In this document: positions 1-13,698 of the stretch, in pieces | Numbering within the stretch: the stretch's first letter is position 1 | Layout: every line of letters begins with the position of its first letter | DNA from: Eledone cirrhosa | Lineage: Eukaryota | Assembly: GCA_964016885.1 (NCBI GenBank) | Contig: OZ024746.1 | Span: 74,710,001 to 74,774,000 of the forward strand | Direction: 5' to 3' | Length of the DNA stretch: 64,000 bases | Position numbers and translations under genes: made by a program | The notes under the pieces: model-generated | Database searches by the model: none | Told to the model about the DNA's origin: nothing | Seen by the model: only the letters and a program-made list of their open reading frames with translations

Positions 1-53
1 GAGTTTCAGAAGATCCCGTTAAGGGTGAAAGCAGCGATTCTTTGTTTAAACTT
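1..53 (+). ncRNA. Hammerhead-fold motif with variant core CAGAAGA (family A)
   Basis: GAGTTT CAGAAGA T CCC GTTAA GGG T GAAA GCA GCGATTCTT TGT TT AAACTT. Helices I-III can form; the core has U4 replaced by A. AATAAA and (TA)n follow. Confidence 0.6.
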
Positions 54-68
54 TAATCTGTTATTTTA

Positions 69-149
<81 letters not shown>

Positions 150-530
150 TTCGTTTTTTAATTTGTTCTGCAAGATTTCTTATCTGGAAGTGTGTGTTGA
201 AACAGATGTTGTGATACTTTGGTAGGGTCATACTGCCAATAAAAACAAACGCACCTTTTGGATTCCACTTCAATTTCCTATAAATTTACGGAAGGTTAGT
301 TTAATAACCCGATGGTTGTCTATTCTTTTTATTGTCAAAGCTCTGTGAACTCCTCAACAACTACCGTTGTTGTTATTTTGTCTCTCTCCTTTGTTCTATC
401 CTTCACCATCCTGTTTTTTTTTTTTCGTTGTCTTTTTTTGTGAGCTGCGCATGTATTATATCCGGGTTTGTGTGTGTGTGTATTTTATGTATTTATTTAT
501 ACATTTATTGACTTGTCGTTATTTCGTTGC

Positions 531-722
<192 letters not shown>

Positions 723-3700
723 ATGTTTTATTAGTTTAGTTATTTTGTGTCTCTGTATGTCTTTATCTTGTTCTTAGCTACTAGTTATGATGTTCTTGCT
801 ATTCCGCTCATGTTTTCTGTTTAGTTCTGGCTAAAGTTCGTTTATGTTTGTCACTTCTGTAATCTGTCGGGGCATTGTGTCTGCTCTCTGTGTGGATCTG
901 ATTTCTATCTCGATTTTCTTTGGTGTGCCCCCATGTTCCATTTTGGCATGTTAGTGAAGAGGTATTTATTTATCCATTCTCCTATGCAACCCTCTTAATA
1001 TTTATTTCTAACTTAGACCCAAGGACAAAAATTTACTGAAATGACATTTTGTAAGACAAGGTAAGGATTTTGTCAATACACCGGTAGTGTGCTGGTAATT
1101 ATGTCTAACTGTAAACTCAACCACGGAAGAATGAAATGAAAAGTTGACGTTGGTTGAAATCGAACTCACAGATAGAGCGGTCACAAATACTATAATATAT
1201 TTTGCCTGCTGGTTCTGATAATTCTGCCAATTCACTTAGAGTGCTGATAATTGCTTCTGCATTTGGCACAAGGCCCGGAATTTGAAGGGGATAAGTCAAT
1301 TAAATCGACCCAAGTGCGTGACAGGTGCTTTATTTTATAGACCTTGTAAGGATGAAAGGCAAAGCTAACTCAGGAGGGATTTGAACTACTCAGAACGAAA
1401 AAGGGCCATAACTGTATGCTGCGAAGCTGGATTTCCGACGCTCTACAGATGCTGCTAATCCATCGCCTAATGATTTCTGATTTACAAGACCAACCATTTT
1501 GGAGGAAGGGGAAAGTTGACACTTTATTTTATCGACCTTTGAATCAGTGCGTTGAAAATCTTAACGAAATGCTGCAAATCATTTTGTCCGACACCCTACC
1601 GATTCCGTTAATCCACCGCCCTCAAGGGTGCTAATAATAAAACTTTCTGAATAACTGACGCCTATTTTATTGTGCCAATTTCTAGCGAATGAGCGACACA
1701 TCGCATCTCGGATCAGTCGCTAGTGTAATGCTTATAGTTTTCTACTTCATCTTTCACCGACATATCATGGTACATTGTTCCCTAGCTACATTGAAAATGA
1801 GATCATGCACGATTACTTAATTGACGTAGCTAGAGACGTGCACAATTGACCACGTCTGCAATGTTATTAAAACTATTACTAATAACCAGATGTTTCAGAA
1901 GAGGGTGTACTTCAGATTTGTGCAGTTTCTCATACGATGGACCTCCGTCGGTTTCGTTTCGACAATGAGTGTTCCAGTCTTTCGATCGATGAAATAATCT
2001 GTTTATGAAATTGACGTGGGAATGTCTGAGCGTTCCACAGACACGTGTGCTCCGAACTTAATACACAGGGAGATTCAGTGTGAGACAGTGTGTAACGAAG
2101 CTGACCCTTTGAATTATAAGTAGAGTCTATCTAACTAGCTTTTAAATAATTTCTGTCCACCCAATTTCACTTACAATTCATTTGTCGATCCGATATTCTA
2201 CGTAGTCGCATCGAATCGGGACGTAATGGGTATGAAATGAATCCCCTAACCATTTGGCCATGTTGCGTCCATAGATCCGCACAGGCAAGTGAAAATGATA
2301 GTTGATAGTCAATTTAATCATTGATTGGTCAGAGTTGGCAAGGAAAATTCTTGAGGTTGAGGGTAGCAGTTCCAGCTAAAAAGAATTTAGGGAAAAGTGT
2401 TTGCTGAGACATCTGGGATAGATGACAAAATAGTTGTGACGCCATAAAGAGATAAGTGTGGAGATGAAAGATAAATTTACCTTTGATTTCAACGTAAGAA
2501 GACATAACGTAACGAAAGGTAAACATTTAACCTGAAAATAACAAAAAACTCGTATACGAGTGTAAGTGTTGTGGATGTGTGGGTGTCGGTGTCTGTCTGT
2601 TTGCGCGAGATTTTGTGTCGTGTTTTATCCAATAAAATATGTAGTTTAACCGTTCTGTGAATAAGGATCGATAAAATATTACCAGTCGAATTAGGGGTCA
2701 TTATTACCAACTAAAACCTGCCGGGGTTAACTTTGCCTTTCACCCTTACGGGGTTGATAAAAGAAAGCATCAGTAATGAACTGGGATAATTGCAGGCCTT
2801 CTGCCAAAAGTAAAAACAATTATTACCAACTAAAACCCTTGTATTGTTTCCCAACATAGTCGCAATAATGTAAACTGAAACCAGTGAAACCTGGTAGAAT
2901 CCAATGATTATATAACTAGTAATAATTTCTTTATTTGCTGGGGTTTAAGCTCATAACGTAGAAATTCGCCACTAAGTATCGTAAAGCATTTTGTCCCACG
3001 CTCTACCGACAGAACCATTACATTGCATAATAATAATTTCAATTCATTTGACAAGATTATTTGATTCGTACAAACAGCCGGAACAAATGCAGTTAAGCAT
3101 GTTTTTCAATGTTCTTAAAGTTCTGCTAAGCACCACCCTAATAAAATGTATTGATGGCATTAATACAAAGCTAAAATGTTGAGGAAAGGTGTTACTCTAT
3201 TAAATCCTCTGTACCTCACTGATATATCTCAGCAGGATGTAAAATAAACATGACGTCAGTGAAATTTGAAATCAAAACGTAATACAACGGAATAATAAGG
3301 ATTCTATAATACGCAGAAGGCAAAAAAATTGGGGGATGTGTTGATTGCATAGATCTCATTATTTTACTGGTACTTTATTTTATCTACCTCTGAAGGAAAT
3401 GTGATTTGAGCTCAGAGCATAAAGAAACGAAATAAAAACGATTTCTAATATAGGCACAAGAGTTAGAAGAAACAGTTGATTATATCAACCTCAAAACCTT
3501 TCAGATATTTTATTTCATCGACACCGAAAGAATGAAAGGCAAATCCGACCCCGGTAGGGTTTGAACACAGAATGTAAAGGGGCGTTACTTGATAGTTGTG
3601 GAGGCATTTTTTAATAATGCATGTATTGATAATACATACATGTATACATTCCCACACATATTTCAGGAATTCAAAGTAGCTTTCTACTCACATACCGATA

Positions 3701-4410
3701 CGAGACATTTTGTCTGCCAGTCTACTGATTCTGCCATCCTCCACTCTCAATAATAACAAAAATGATAATAAAAATAACAACAATAATGATATATAAATCT
3801 ATAAATAAATGTATAATAAATAAATAAATATACAAATGAATATACATGAAAATATGATAAATGAATCAGTAAATAAGATAAATACATAAGATATAAATAC
3901 AGTTGTTGCTGATGTCAGCTTATCATATTTTTAAAAGGCAGACTATTACAATAATAGCTGCCACCGTTTAACCGGCGCGCTCTCCGTTCTAATCTCAAGT
4001 CACTTAGAATGTTGTAGAATGTTCTGAGAGCTTCGTAGGTTCATAGACTCTGGCAGAGTCAGGAATAAATGGATATGAATTTCATGAGTAGGTGGAAACA
4101 TTAGAAAAATATGCAGATAGAGCAAAGAGATAATTGTTCCGCCAGACAAGTAGTTTAGTACATACGTACGTGCGTACATAAATGCGTATAAACACATAGA
4201 CGTATTGATGTAAATGTATATGTATATGTTTACGGATGTACTTGTAACTGTGTTTATATGTTTATAGGGGGACTTGTAAGTATATATATATATGTATATA
4301 AGTAGCTAGCTATATGATATGTGCGTTCAGTATATGTTACTATATATTTGCGTACATTTATTTAATATGTATTTACACACATAATCAAACACAAAAACAT
4401 GGATTTATAA

Positions 4411-4470
<60 letters not shown>

Positions 4471-4707
4471 AGAGGAAAAGGGGATATTTTGGGATGTCAG
4501 ATTGCACCTATATCTGTGTGCATATATAATTATATATATCTGAAAGTATTTATATTTACATGCAGTTGTTTACAATATCTATAATATACCACAAAAACAC
4601 ATATAAGGATCTTGTATTTAATATGCGTATGTATGTATGTATGTATGTATGTATGTATGTATGTATGTATGTATGTATGTATGTATGTATATATGTATGT
4701 ATGTATG

Positions 4708-4741
<34 letters not shown>

Positions 4742-4882
4742 TGTATGTATGTATGTATGTATGTATGTATGTATGCATGTATGTATGTACTTATTTTCTG
4801 AATCACTTCTTGACGACGCGCTAAGTTGCAGCATATAAACATAGACACACAAAATACAATGATCAAAATTTACAACCATATA

Positions 4883-4918
<36 letters not shown>

Positions 4919-4919
4919 G

Positions 4920-5280
4920 GTCGTTGGGCAGAGTCATCAAGCACTCCATCTAGTGGGTCCAGTCAGAAGCAACCGTCTCCAACTGATCCAGGTGGATCAC
5001 CAAGCGAGATCAGTCAAGCTCATGGCTGTTATCCAACCACCTTGCTTGGAATCTAGCCTGGGTTTCCTTCCGGATGGTTATGGCCATAAAATATATCCAC
5101 CGATTCTTTCCTGAGACATCCAAACCATATGCCCAAATTATCGGAGCTGTGATCTCTCAATTCAGATAATCAAGGGCTCTACCTGGAGTGACTCTCTGTT
5201 TATTCAATATTCCGTAATCCCTCATCAGTGACATTCACTCACCCTGTACCAATGTGTGATTAACGAATCTTGAAACAGTG
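4920..5280 (-). pseudogene. Degenerate RTE-type LINE 3' coding fragment
   Basis: The minus-strand frame reads IERSQLR*FGHMVWMSQERIG...GRKPR, typical of the RTE RT C-terminus. Confidence 0.65.
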
Positions 5281-6149
5281 CTGACTGGCATTCATGATTG
5301 CTACTGAAATATTTGTGACGTGTTAACAGAAGAAATATATGTTAGCAGAACAAATATATATAACGATATGTTTTTTTCTTTGATAGCAAGACTCTCATAT
5401 CTATTGTATATAAACATATAGTGTATGAGTATGTATAAGTACATACATATATGTATACAGACGTACAGTAGTATGTATATATATATATACACACATGCAC
5501 ACATATATATATATATATATGTACGTATGGATTCACCGATAATTTATTATAATGCTCGGTGTGTTTGTAAACAAACATCCCGAATTAAACCGTACAGTGT
5601 CTAGCAACCATCGTTGCTCATTTGTTCAACACTGACAAAGGAACGCTGTACTAGTTTCAAGCTTATTAGCTATCGTCAGCTACATATACCTTCCTGCTAG
5701 ATGATTGAACGTCTGAAAGTATATACTTTCCTGTATGTTTTCCGATACACACCTAGTGTGACTACCAATTAATTATAACGAGCCAAGTTTGCACTATATG
5801 TAAATGAGCATTTCCAATCCATCTTTACTTTTTTGGTATATGCAAATGATCATTTCCAGCAACTTTTCATCACCTAAATGTTTTATATAATCTGGTCTAT
5901 TTTCATGTCTGTACTGGTTGAACAAATCTTTGTACAGCAGTGTTCTGACATTCTCGACTCCTACCTACATATCGGTGGCGTGTTCACAGAGCAAAAGAGA
6001 GAAAAACATATTGTGATAAGTACACACACACACACACGCACACACACACACACACACACACATACACACACAATCTGATACACACACGCACATTCTGATA
6101 CAAACACGCACATTCTGATACAAACACGCACAAACACTCAGAAACATAA

Positions 6150-6545
<396 letters not shown>

Positions 6546-6651
6546 TGTGTACGAGAGTGTTTTAAGGGGTGTATTGGTAGAGAAGTCATTGTTGATATAG
6601 TTTATAATGGGGTACATTTGGAAATAATTATAGTGACTGCTATCGTATCAG

Positions 6652-6682
<31 letters not shown>

Positions 6683-6800
6683 AGTGGAGTGAGATATCTT
6701 GTAAGATATGGCATGTGATGTATGGAGTAACACCAAACCATAAGCACTGCTGCTACTACTACTACTAGTACTACTGATAATTATGATGTTGATGGTGCTG

Positions 6801-6847
<47 letters not shown>

Positions 6848-8135
6848 TTATGAAGAAAAAGGTCCTACCATTCTCTTGCATCCTTATCTTGATGCCTATT
6901 TTATATTTTGCTTTTGTTTACTTTTATTTTTCAGCTAATAAAAACATATGTACACCAACCATAGCACACCCAAACTTGCGAAGATTGGTTAAAAAATGTT
7001 TTTGTTTTATTTTTTAGCCATGGATCCCAATATTGTAACTAGTGTATCTTCATCAGTTAATAACCACCATACGATCTGAAATGTGTTTTGTTATTGTTGT
7101 GGATTGACGTTAGAGCGTCAGACAACATGATTTAGGTTATAGATTCTGAGTTTAAATCTCACCGAGGTTAGTTTTGCCCTTCATCCCTTACAGGATCGAT
7201 AAAATAAAGTGGCAGTAATGCACTGGTGTCGATTTAATCGACTTTTCCTTCCTCCTAAAACGTTGGTCTTGTTTCTAAATCAGAAGCCATTGTTTCGTAG
7301 AAACACTAATTATGTACGTTAAGCAAGTTGATATATTTTTAAAAATAAGAAATTAGCCACTAATATCTACAAACAATGATTATATCCCTTTCCAAACAAA
7401 AAGGGTAAAGTGGAAGGTTATTTGTGTTAACCAATCTGTTATAGACAGCAGTTACATTTTCACAAATCACACATGATCTTATTACATTACACAAGGTTTT
7501 CTAAGATATACAAGAAGATGAGATGATCAGAGCTGAAATGCCTTTTATCATTGATCTGCTCAATCAAGCACGATCTGCAATCTAGTGTTAAATAAAACAC
7601 AACTCCTCCCGATCTGTTCTGTATGTGTTGGATTATTATGTACGTATGGTCCTGTAGCTCTTGAGGAAGTCGTATTACCATTCGGCGTGATCTAGGTCAT
7701 TTTTAAAGACGTCGAAACCCATCTTCTCACCAGGTTCTCACACAGCAGATTTCTTCCAGAGAATGATAGAGAGTGAGTGAAAGAATGGAAGTGAGAAAGA
7801 GTTATAGAGGAAGAACCGACCTCAGTATTAAACTGGTATTCTATACGAATTTCTAACGACTCTGCCAATTCACCACCTTTAGGATTTGCTATACATTATC
7901 CAATTTAGTCTTTCTAAAATATGTAGACATTGAAGTTATAATTCCAAATTTGTTTGATAAACATTGTATAAAAATTACTTAATTTTCAAACGTTAATCAA
8001 CATTTTTCACAAAACGCTATAATAAGCCCAATATTAATTTGAAGTAGTCTTCAGATCTATTTTACATATCTTAATCTTTATAAGTGTTAACTTGATTTGC
8101 TATTACCATTTCTCAGTATGTTGCATGAAACTCTG

Positions 8136-8180
<45 letters not shown>

Positions 8181-8249
8181 GTAATCATACAAACATTATT
8201 AATTTGCAACAAAAATGACAAAATGCACTCCAAATATGTTAATATTATT

Positions 8250-8439
8250 GGGCGGTGGACTGGCAGAATCTGTAGAGTGTTGGACACCCTGCTTCGCAGC
8301 ATAGAGTTGTGTCCCTTTATGTTCTGAGTTCAAATCCCACCGAGGTTAACTTTACCTTTCATCCTTATGGGGTGGATAAAATAAAGTACTAAGTAATGCA
8401 TTGGGATAATTGCTGGCCTTGTGCCAAAAGTAGAAACAA
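8250..8439 (+). mobile_element. tRNA-derived SINE (~190 bp) with Meta-SINE-like central domain
   Basis: A-box TGGCAGAATCTG, B-box GAGTTCAAATCC, core CTTTCATCCTTA.GGGG..GATAAAATAAAGTAC, tail GCTGGCCTTGTGCCAAAAGTAGAAACAA. Confidence 0.85.
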
Positions 8440-9689
8440 ATATTAATTTCTAACATATACAGAGCATCTCATTCAGCTGATACTTCATGGATCATGGAAG
8501 GATGAAACGCAAAAATAATTTGGCATGGTTTGTACTCAGAATGTAGAGGCACGTAACTAAATACATCATTCATCGATCTGCTACTTTATTTTCCTCTAAT
8601 CTTAGAGAGCCGAAACGAATACCACAAAGCAGTCTATCCGACGTTCTAACGATTCTCCCAATTTGCCGCCTTAAACTCTTATCAAATAAACTGTTAACTG
8701 TTAATGTATTAAATATACTTCCACATAATGAACTATTAATCTATTAATCTAGTTATGTAATGTAAAACATATGGTTGCACAGTGAACTGTTAATCTATCA
8801 AACTGTTAATCTAGTGGGCACAGGCAGGGATGTGTGGTTAAAAAATTACTTCACACCTACATATTTTGTTTTGTTTTGGTTTTATTATTTCAAGCCCATT
8901 ACGTGAAACCTTAATCATTAATCAAAACCGTGTGACTGAAGTAGACGGAAACTGTATAGAAGTCCATTGGTGGTTCGGTTTCTGTTCTTGGGTAATAGAC
9001 CTCGTCCGTCATCACCATCTGCGACATTGAGGCAAGATCTTAAGTTAACTTCTTCCACCTTACCAGTCTGATAGACATTAAAAGAGTTTTTTTCTGACTA
9101 ACTTCACATTGCACAGATTAAGTAAATTTCATTATAAACTACCCCTTTTCACTCTAACAAGTACAAGGAAAGTAATTGTCCCTGACATTGTGCCTACTAT
9201 TGCTCTCAAACAGTGCATCAAAAATGTAGCCTTATCATTATCAAACACTTCGATTCCAATCTCTCAATTTCTCTTTCTTGTAATCACTTTCAGTCTATCT
9301 CTGTCTATTTATCTATCTATTTATCTAACTATCTATATGTATATCTATCTATTTATTTAACTATCTATATGTATATTTATCTATTTATCTAACTATCTAT
9401 ATGTATATCTATCTATTTATCTAACTATCTATATGTATATCTATCTATGTATCTATATATGTGTCTGTCTATCTGCATGTATATGCATTTATCTCGGAAT
9501 ATATTTCTATCTTTGGAAATGTACTATAGTATGTGTTTTGTCAACTACCTTCCTATTGCTCTAATTTTTGAAACTCTCCCAAACTCTAATTTCAACCATT
9601 AGAGTTTTCTTAAATCCGGATCCCCTGGTTTACTATATTCCTATATCACAAAAAAAACAGTAATTACATGGGCTCTCACCTTCGATGAA

Positions 9690-9760
9690 TTCTTTGAAAG
9701 TAACATTATTTTGCTTGACATCAGCAAAGATTTCCACCATGCCTGGCACACGTCTCCAAA
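9690..9760 (+). pseudogene. CR1/Jockey-type RT relic
   Basis: ILLDISKDFHHAWH resembles the RT motif ALDISKAFDRVWH. Confidence 0.5.
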
Positions 9761-10414
9761 TATAGATTTTTGCTATGTCAAACAAAAAATCTTTCGATAA
9801 AAAGGATTTCTTTATTAAATGCTTCAGTGAACATATCTAATTAGCTATCAATGTCTATAGTGTTAAAGAAAATTATAACCCTCAGAAAATTGTATTTTTG
9901 GAATCATGTAAAACGAGCTTGTCTGTTGAATTCGTTTTCATTTCCCCAAACATAACATCAATATTGCAGTCTATTGATTGAGTTATTTCCGTTTTCTTGG
10001 AATATTATCTCAGACAATCTTAGCTGATTGTAGCAACTGATAATAAGTATCGGATCGCCAAAGTATTAAGTAAATATTATTACATTAAGGAGAACTGGGA
10101 AGAAATTAAACATTACATGTCTCGTTGAGAGTTAGAAAGACAATTCGTGCAAATATTGTTATGAAATATCATTGGATAAAGGTTTTTCTATCAGCATAGT
10201 TTTGTTTAAACGACACAGGGAGTGGGATATGAAGAAGTTAATGCAAATGTTATTCGGGATGTATTGCAGGCTAATATCTCGACATCACCTATGAAGGTCT
10301 TAAGAATTAACCAAACTACTTTATTCTAATTCAGAGAGCAAAGAAGAGAATACTCCACACCTGGCTTCAACAACAGAGATCTAATCTTAATAGCAAAATA
10401 ACTAGTGCTTGGGT

Positions 10415-10578
10415 AAGACTTCTGGCGTTCTTGGTCCTCGCAGCACCTCCCAACCAACTGTTATCAGGGCGTCTTCCAAGCTACCCTTCGGAGTAACACA
10501 TCCTTCGTTCTCTCCTCTAGGACTAGAAGGCGGCTTAGGCATGGGATAACTGAGGTACCGATGGTATAGGCTGTAGTT
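10415..10578 (-). other. Diverged 5S rRNA-like sequence with a ~45-nt insertion (possible SINE3 head or 5S pseudogene)
   Basis: The minus strand starts CTACAGCCTATACCATC (5S start: CTACGGCCATACCACC). It later reads CTCCGAAGGGTAGC...GCCCTGATAACAGTTGGTTGGGAG, colinear with the 5S box A-IE-box C region, and ends AGTCTT. Confidence 0.4.
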
Positions 10579-11407
10579 ATCTACATCTGTTGTTAGACAC
10601 AGACATGTACATATATAACTTCTAAAACTGGAATAGGAAATATATGACTAATCATGTAGTGTCACTTGTCCTTTATAACGAATTTTAGAGAAAGGTCTAA
10701 ATTTAGAACGAAGAATGATATCAGATCGGTAATGGTAGTGCCGTATTGCGTAAAATATAGAACTTCATAAGAAAGAGGCAACATATTCAAACGTGTCTTT
10801 TTTTATAAACACAAATCTAACAGAATCAGTAATCTCATATATATATATATTTTGTTTTTTTTTGTATTTTTACTTGTGGCATATACTAATGAAAGTGTGT
10901 ATGTTACATATAATTATTTTTTCAAATAATTTTTATGTAAAGTGAGTATACATTTTTTTTCAGTCAATTACGTATTATTTTGTTCAAAAGATATTTTCCT
11001 ATACATGTAGGAGCATTGTATGGTTAATATATTTGAAAATGGTGTAGATTTCTTTTAATAATTAGAGCTTATCTGTATTTAACCTGTTTTACGTTCCGCA
11101 GATAACAAAGTCGCTGATAGGGAAATATAAACGTGGCATACATTAATTTCATTAACAGCAGTGTTTATGTGTCTCTCTATATAAAAAATATATGTGGCGG
11201 TGGGGATATATGTGTGTGTCGATGTGGGGGGGGGGGATTATGTGTGTGTGCAAGTTTGCGTGTATGCATGAACGTGTGTGTATGCGAGAGAGTGTGTATG
11301 CTTGAGTGCGCGTGCGTCCGCAGATATATTTTTTCCCATTATTGCAATTTTTTAAAATAAAAGTGCAAACTTCGTCATCTTTCTAAGCATTAACATCCAA
11401 CCCCGCC

Positions 11408-11438
<31 letters not shown>

Positions 11439-11917
11439 TCTCTCTCTCTCTCTCTCACTCACTCTCTCTCTGCCTCTCTCTGTCTCTCTCCGTAACTCCC
11501 CCTTTACTCTCCCTATCTCTCCTCTCATTCCTCAGTTGTTCTTTATCTTCTCCTTTCACAACATCACAGCTCTGTCATTCTCCTTATCTCTCCGTTACTC
11601 TTTCTCTCTATCCCCTCACTGCTCAGTTGTTCTTTTCCTTCTTTCACAACTTCATAGCTTAGTCCTTCTCTTCCTCTTCCTCTTCCTCTATCCTTTACTC
11701 CCCCATTACTTTCTCTCACTCTTCAGTTTCTCTCTTTCTTCTCTTTTCACAACATCACATCTCTAACTTCTATCAAATCCTATTCACCACCACAGCCATT
11801 TGCTGTATTTTAGATTACATGTTGTAGTCAATTAAAGTAGTCACCTTAAATTAACTAGCTAAGACATATGGTCTGAAAATCTTTTACGAAATAATTATAT
11901 TATTCAATTTAGCTTAA

Positions 11918-12006
<89 letters not shown>

Positions 12007-12287
12007 AATTAATAAAACAATGAATAAACAAAGACACAGTTCCTTATATTAAAAAATTCATCATTTTACGATCGTTTCTAGGATATATATGTGTTGGTAT
12101 GCATATTCTATAGATCTATGTACAATATTTATACAAACTATCAGAGGGAATATACATACCTACACATATATATGCTGTCTTCAGAAATAATCATGATATC
12201 CGGATTACATTGAGTTCTTCATACGGATTGGACACTACCGTAAACTTTTGGTAGATTTATCTACATATATATATATATATATATATA

Positions 12288-12512
12288 TAGTAATAATAAT
12301 AAATTTGAAGACTAAAATCCAAAGAGGGCTCGATAAGGATAAATATATATCAGATATATAAGAACCGTAGAGCAAATATATATTAAAATAACAGATTAAA
12401 GTTTAAGCAAAGAATCGCTGCTTTCACCCTTAACGGGATCTTCTGAAACTCAAAAAATCCCGTTAAGGGTGAAAGCAGCGATTCTTTGCTTAAACTTTAA
12501 TCTGTTATTTTA

Positions 12513-12520
<8 letters not shown>
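12288..12520. mobile_element. Family A element as a head-to-head inverted duplication between (TA)n tracts
   Basis: A minus copy 12288-12451, a short A run, then a plus copy 12457-12518. Confidence 0.75.
12399..12451 (-). ncRNA. Hammerhead-fold motif, family A copy (CAGAAGA core)
   Basis: Reverse complement of 1-53, with TGC in helix III. Confidence 0.6.
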
Positions 12521-12547
<27 letters not shown>

Positions 12548-12552
<5 letters not shown>

Positions 12553-13178
12553 TTGCGAGGTTTTTTATATGAAATCGTGTGTCGAAACAAATATTGTTAT
12601 ACTTGGGGGGGGGGTCATATTTGTGTAATATTGCCAGAATTAATAACAGAACACACTCACTGTTTGGTTGGTTTTCGCTTTTCGCTTCTGTGTCTTTTAT
12701 ATCGGTAATCTAATTTATTCGGTCCTCAATGATGCCATTCACTGACCAACGGTCAAAAACAATACAGATACAATATAGATACAAACACATATATATAGTT
12801 TATCAAAGTTCTTTCGTTTAGTCTGCTTATATAAACAGACTAAATAAAGATGGCGTAGACATACAATGTAACGGGAGGAAACAATAGCACCACTGACGAT
12901 GTTGCAGATGTGCAACGAAAGAACTTTGATAAACTATATATATGTGTTTGTGTCTATATTGTATCTGTATTATTTTTGACCGTTGGTTAGTCAATGGCAA
13001 CATTGAGGACCGAATAAATTAGATTACCGATATAAAAGACACAGAAGCGAAAAGCGAAAACCAACCAAACAGTGAGTGTGTTCTGTTATTAATTCTGGCA
13101 ATATTACACAAATATGACCCTCCCCAAGTATAACAATATTTGTTTCGACACACGATTTCATATAAAAAAACCTCGCAA

Positions 13179-13183
<5 letters not shown>
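12548..13183. repeat. ~270-bp inverted repeat with ~95-bp spacer containing an HHR-like core
   Basis: 12548-12819 is the near-identical reverse complement of 12914-13183. CTGACGA T GTTGCA GATG TGCAAC GAAA lies at 12893-12920. The outer part recurs at ~165-290 and 13207-13320. Confidence 0.85.
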
Positions 13184-13214
<31 letters not shown>

Positions 13215-13588
13215 ATACTTGGGGAGGGTCATAGTGTTATAATAATATTGGTAGAAATAATAACAGAACACATTCACCGTTTGATCGGTTTTCGCTTCTG
13301 TATCTTTTATATCTCCATAGTTAATTTGTTTGGCAATCAATGTTTATCATTATATGCCCTTGCCATTCTGAGATCAAATCCCGCCGAAGTTAACTTTGCC
13401 TTTCATGCTTAAAATAAATTACCAGTACTACACTGGGTAATTGCTGGCCTTGTGCCAAAAGTAGAAACAATTATATGTATATATATATGTATATATGTAT
13501 ATATATATATATGTATATATATATGTGTGTGTGTGTGGGCATGTATGTGTGTGTGTGTATGTGTGTCAGTGTTTGTGTGTGTGTGAAC

Positions 13589-13698
<110 letters not shown>

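Noticed and set aside
6074-6135. Short ~22-bp tandem repeats (also 9300-9450, 22300-22510) as a CRISPR-like array
   Set aside because: No unique spacers and a eukaryotic context; these are ordinary minisatellites.
8250-8345. SINE heads as tRNA genes
   Set aside because: A/B boxes are present, but there is no cloverleaf and they continue into the SINE body.
10495-10535. Hairpin-ribozyme-like loop A (A^GTC CT..AG AGAA) on the minus strand
   Set aside because: It lacks the required G11 pair and a convincing loop B.
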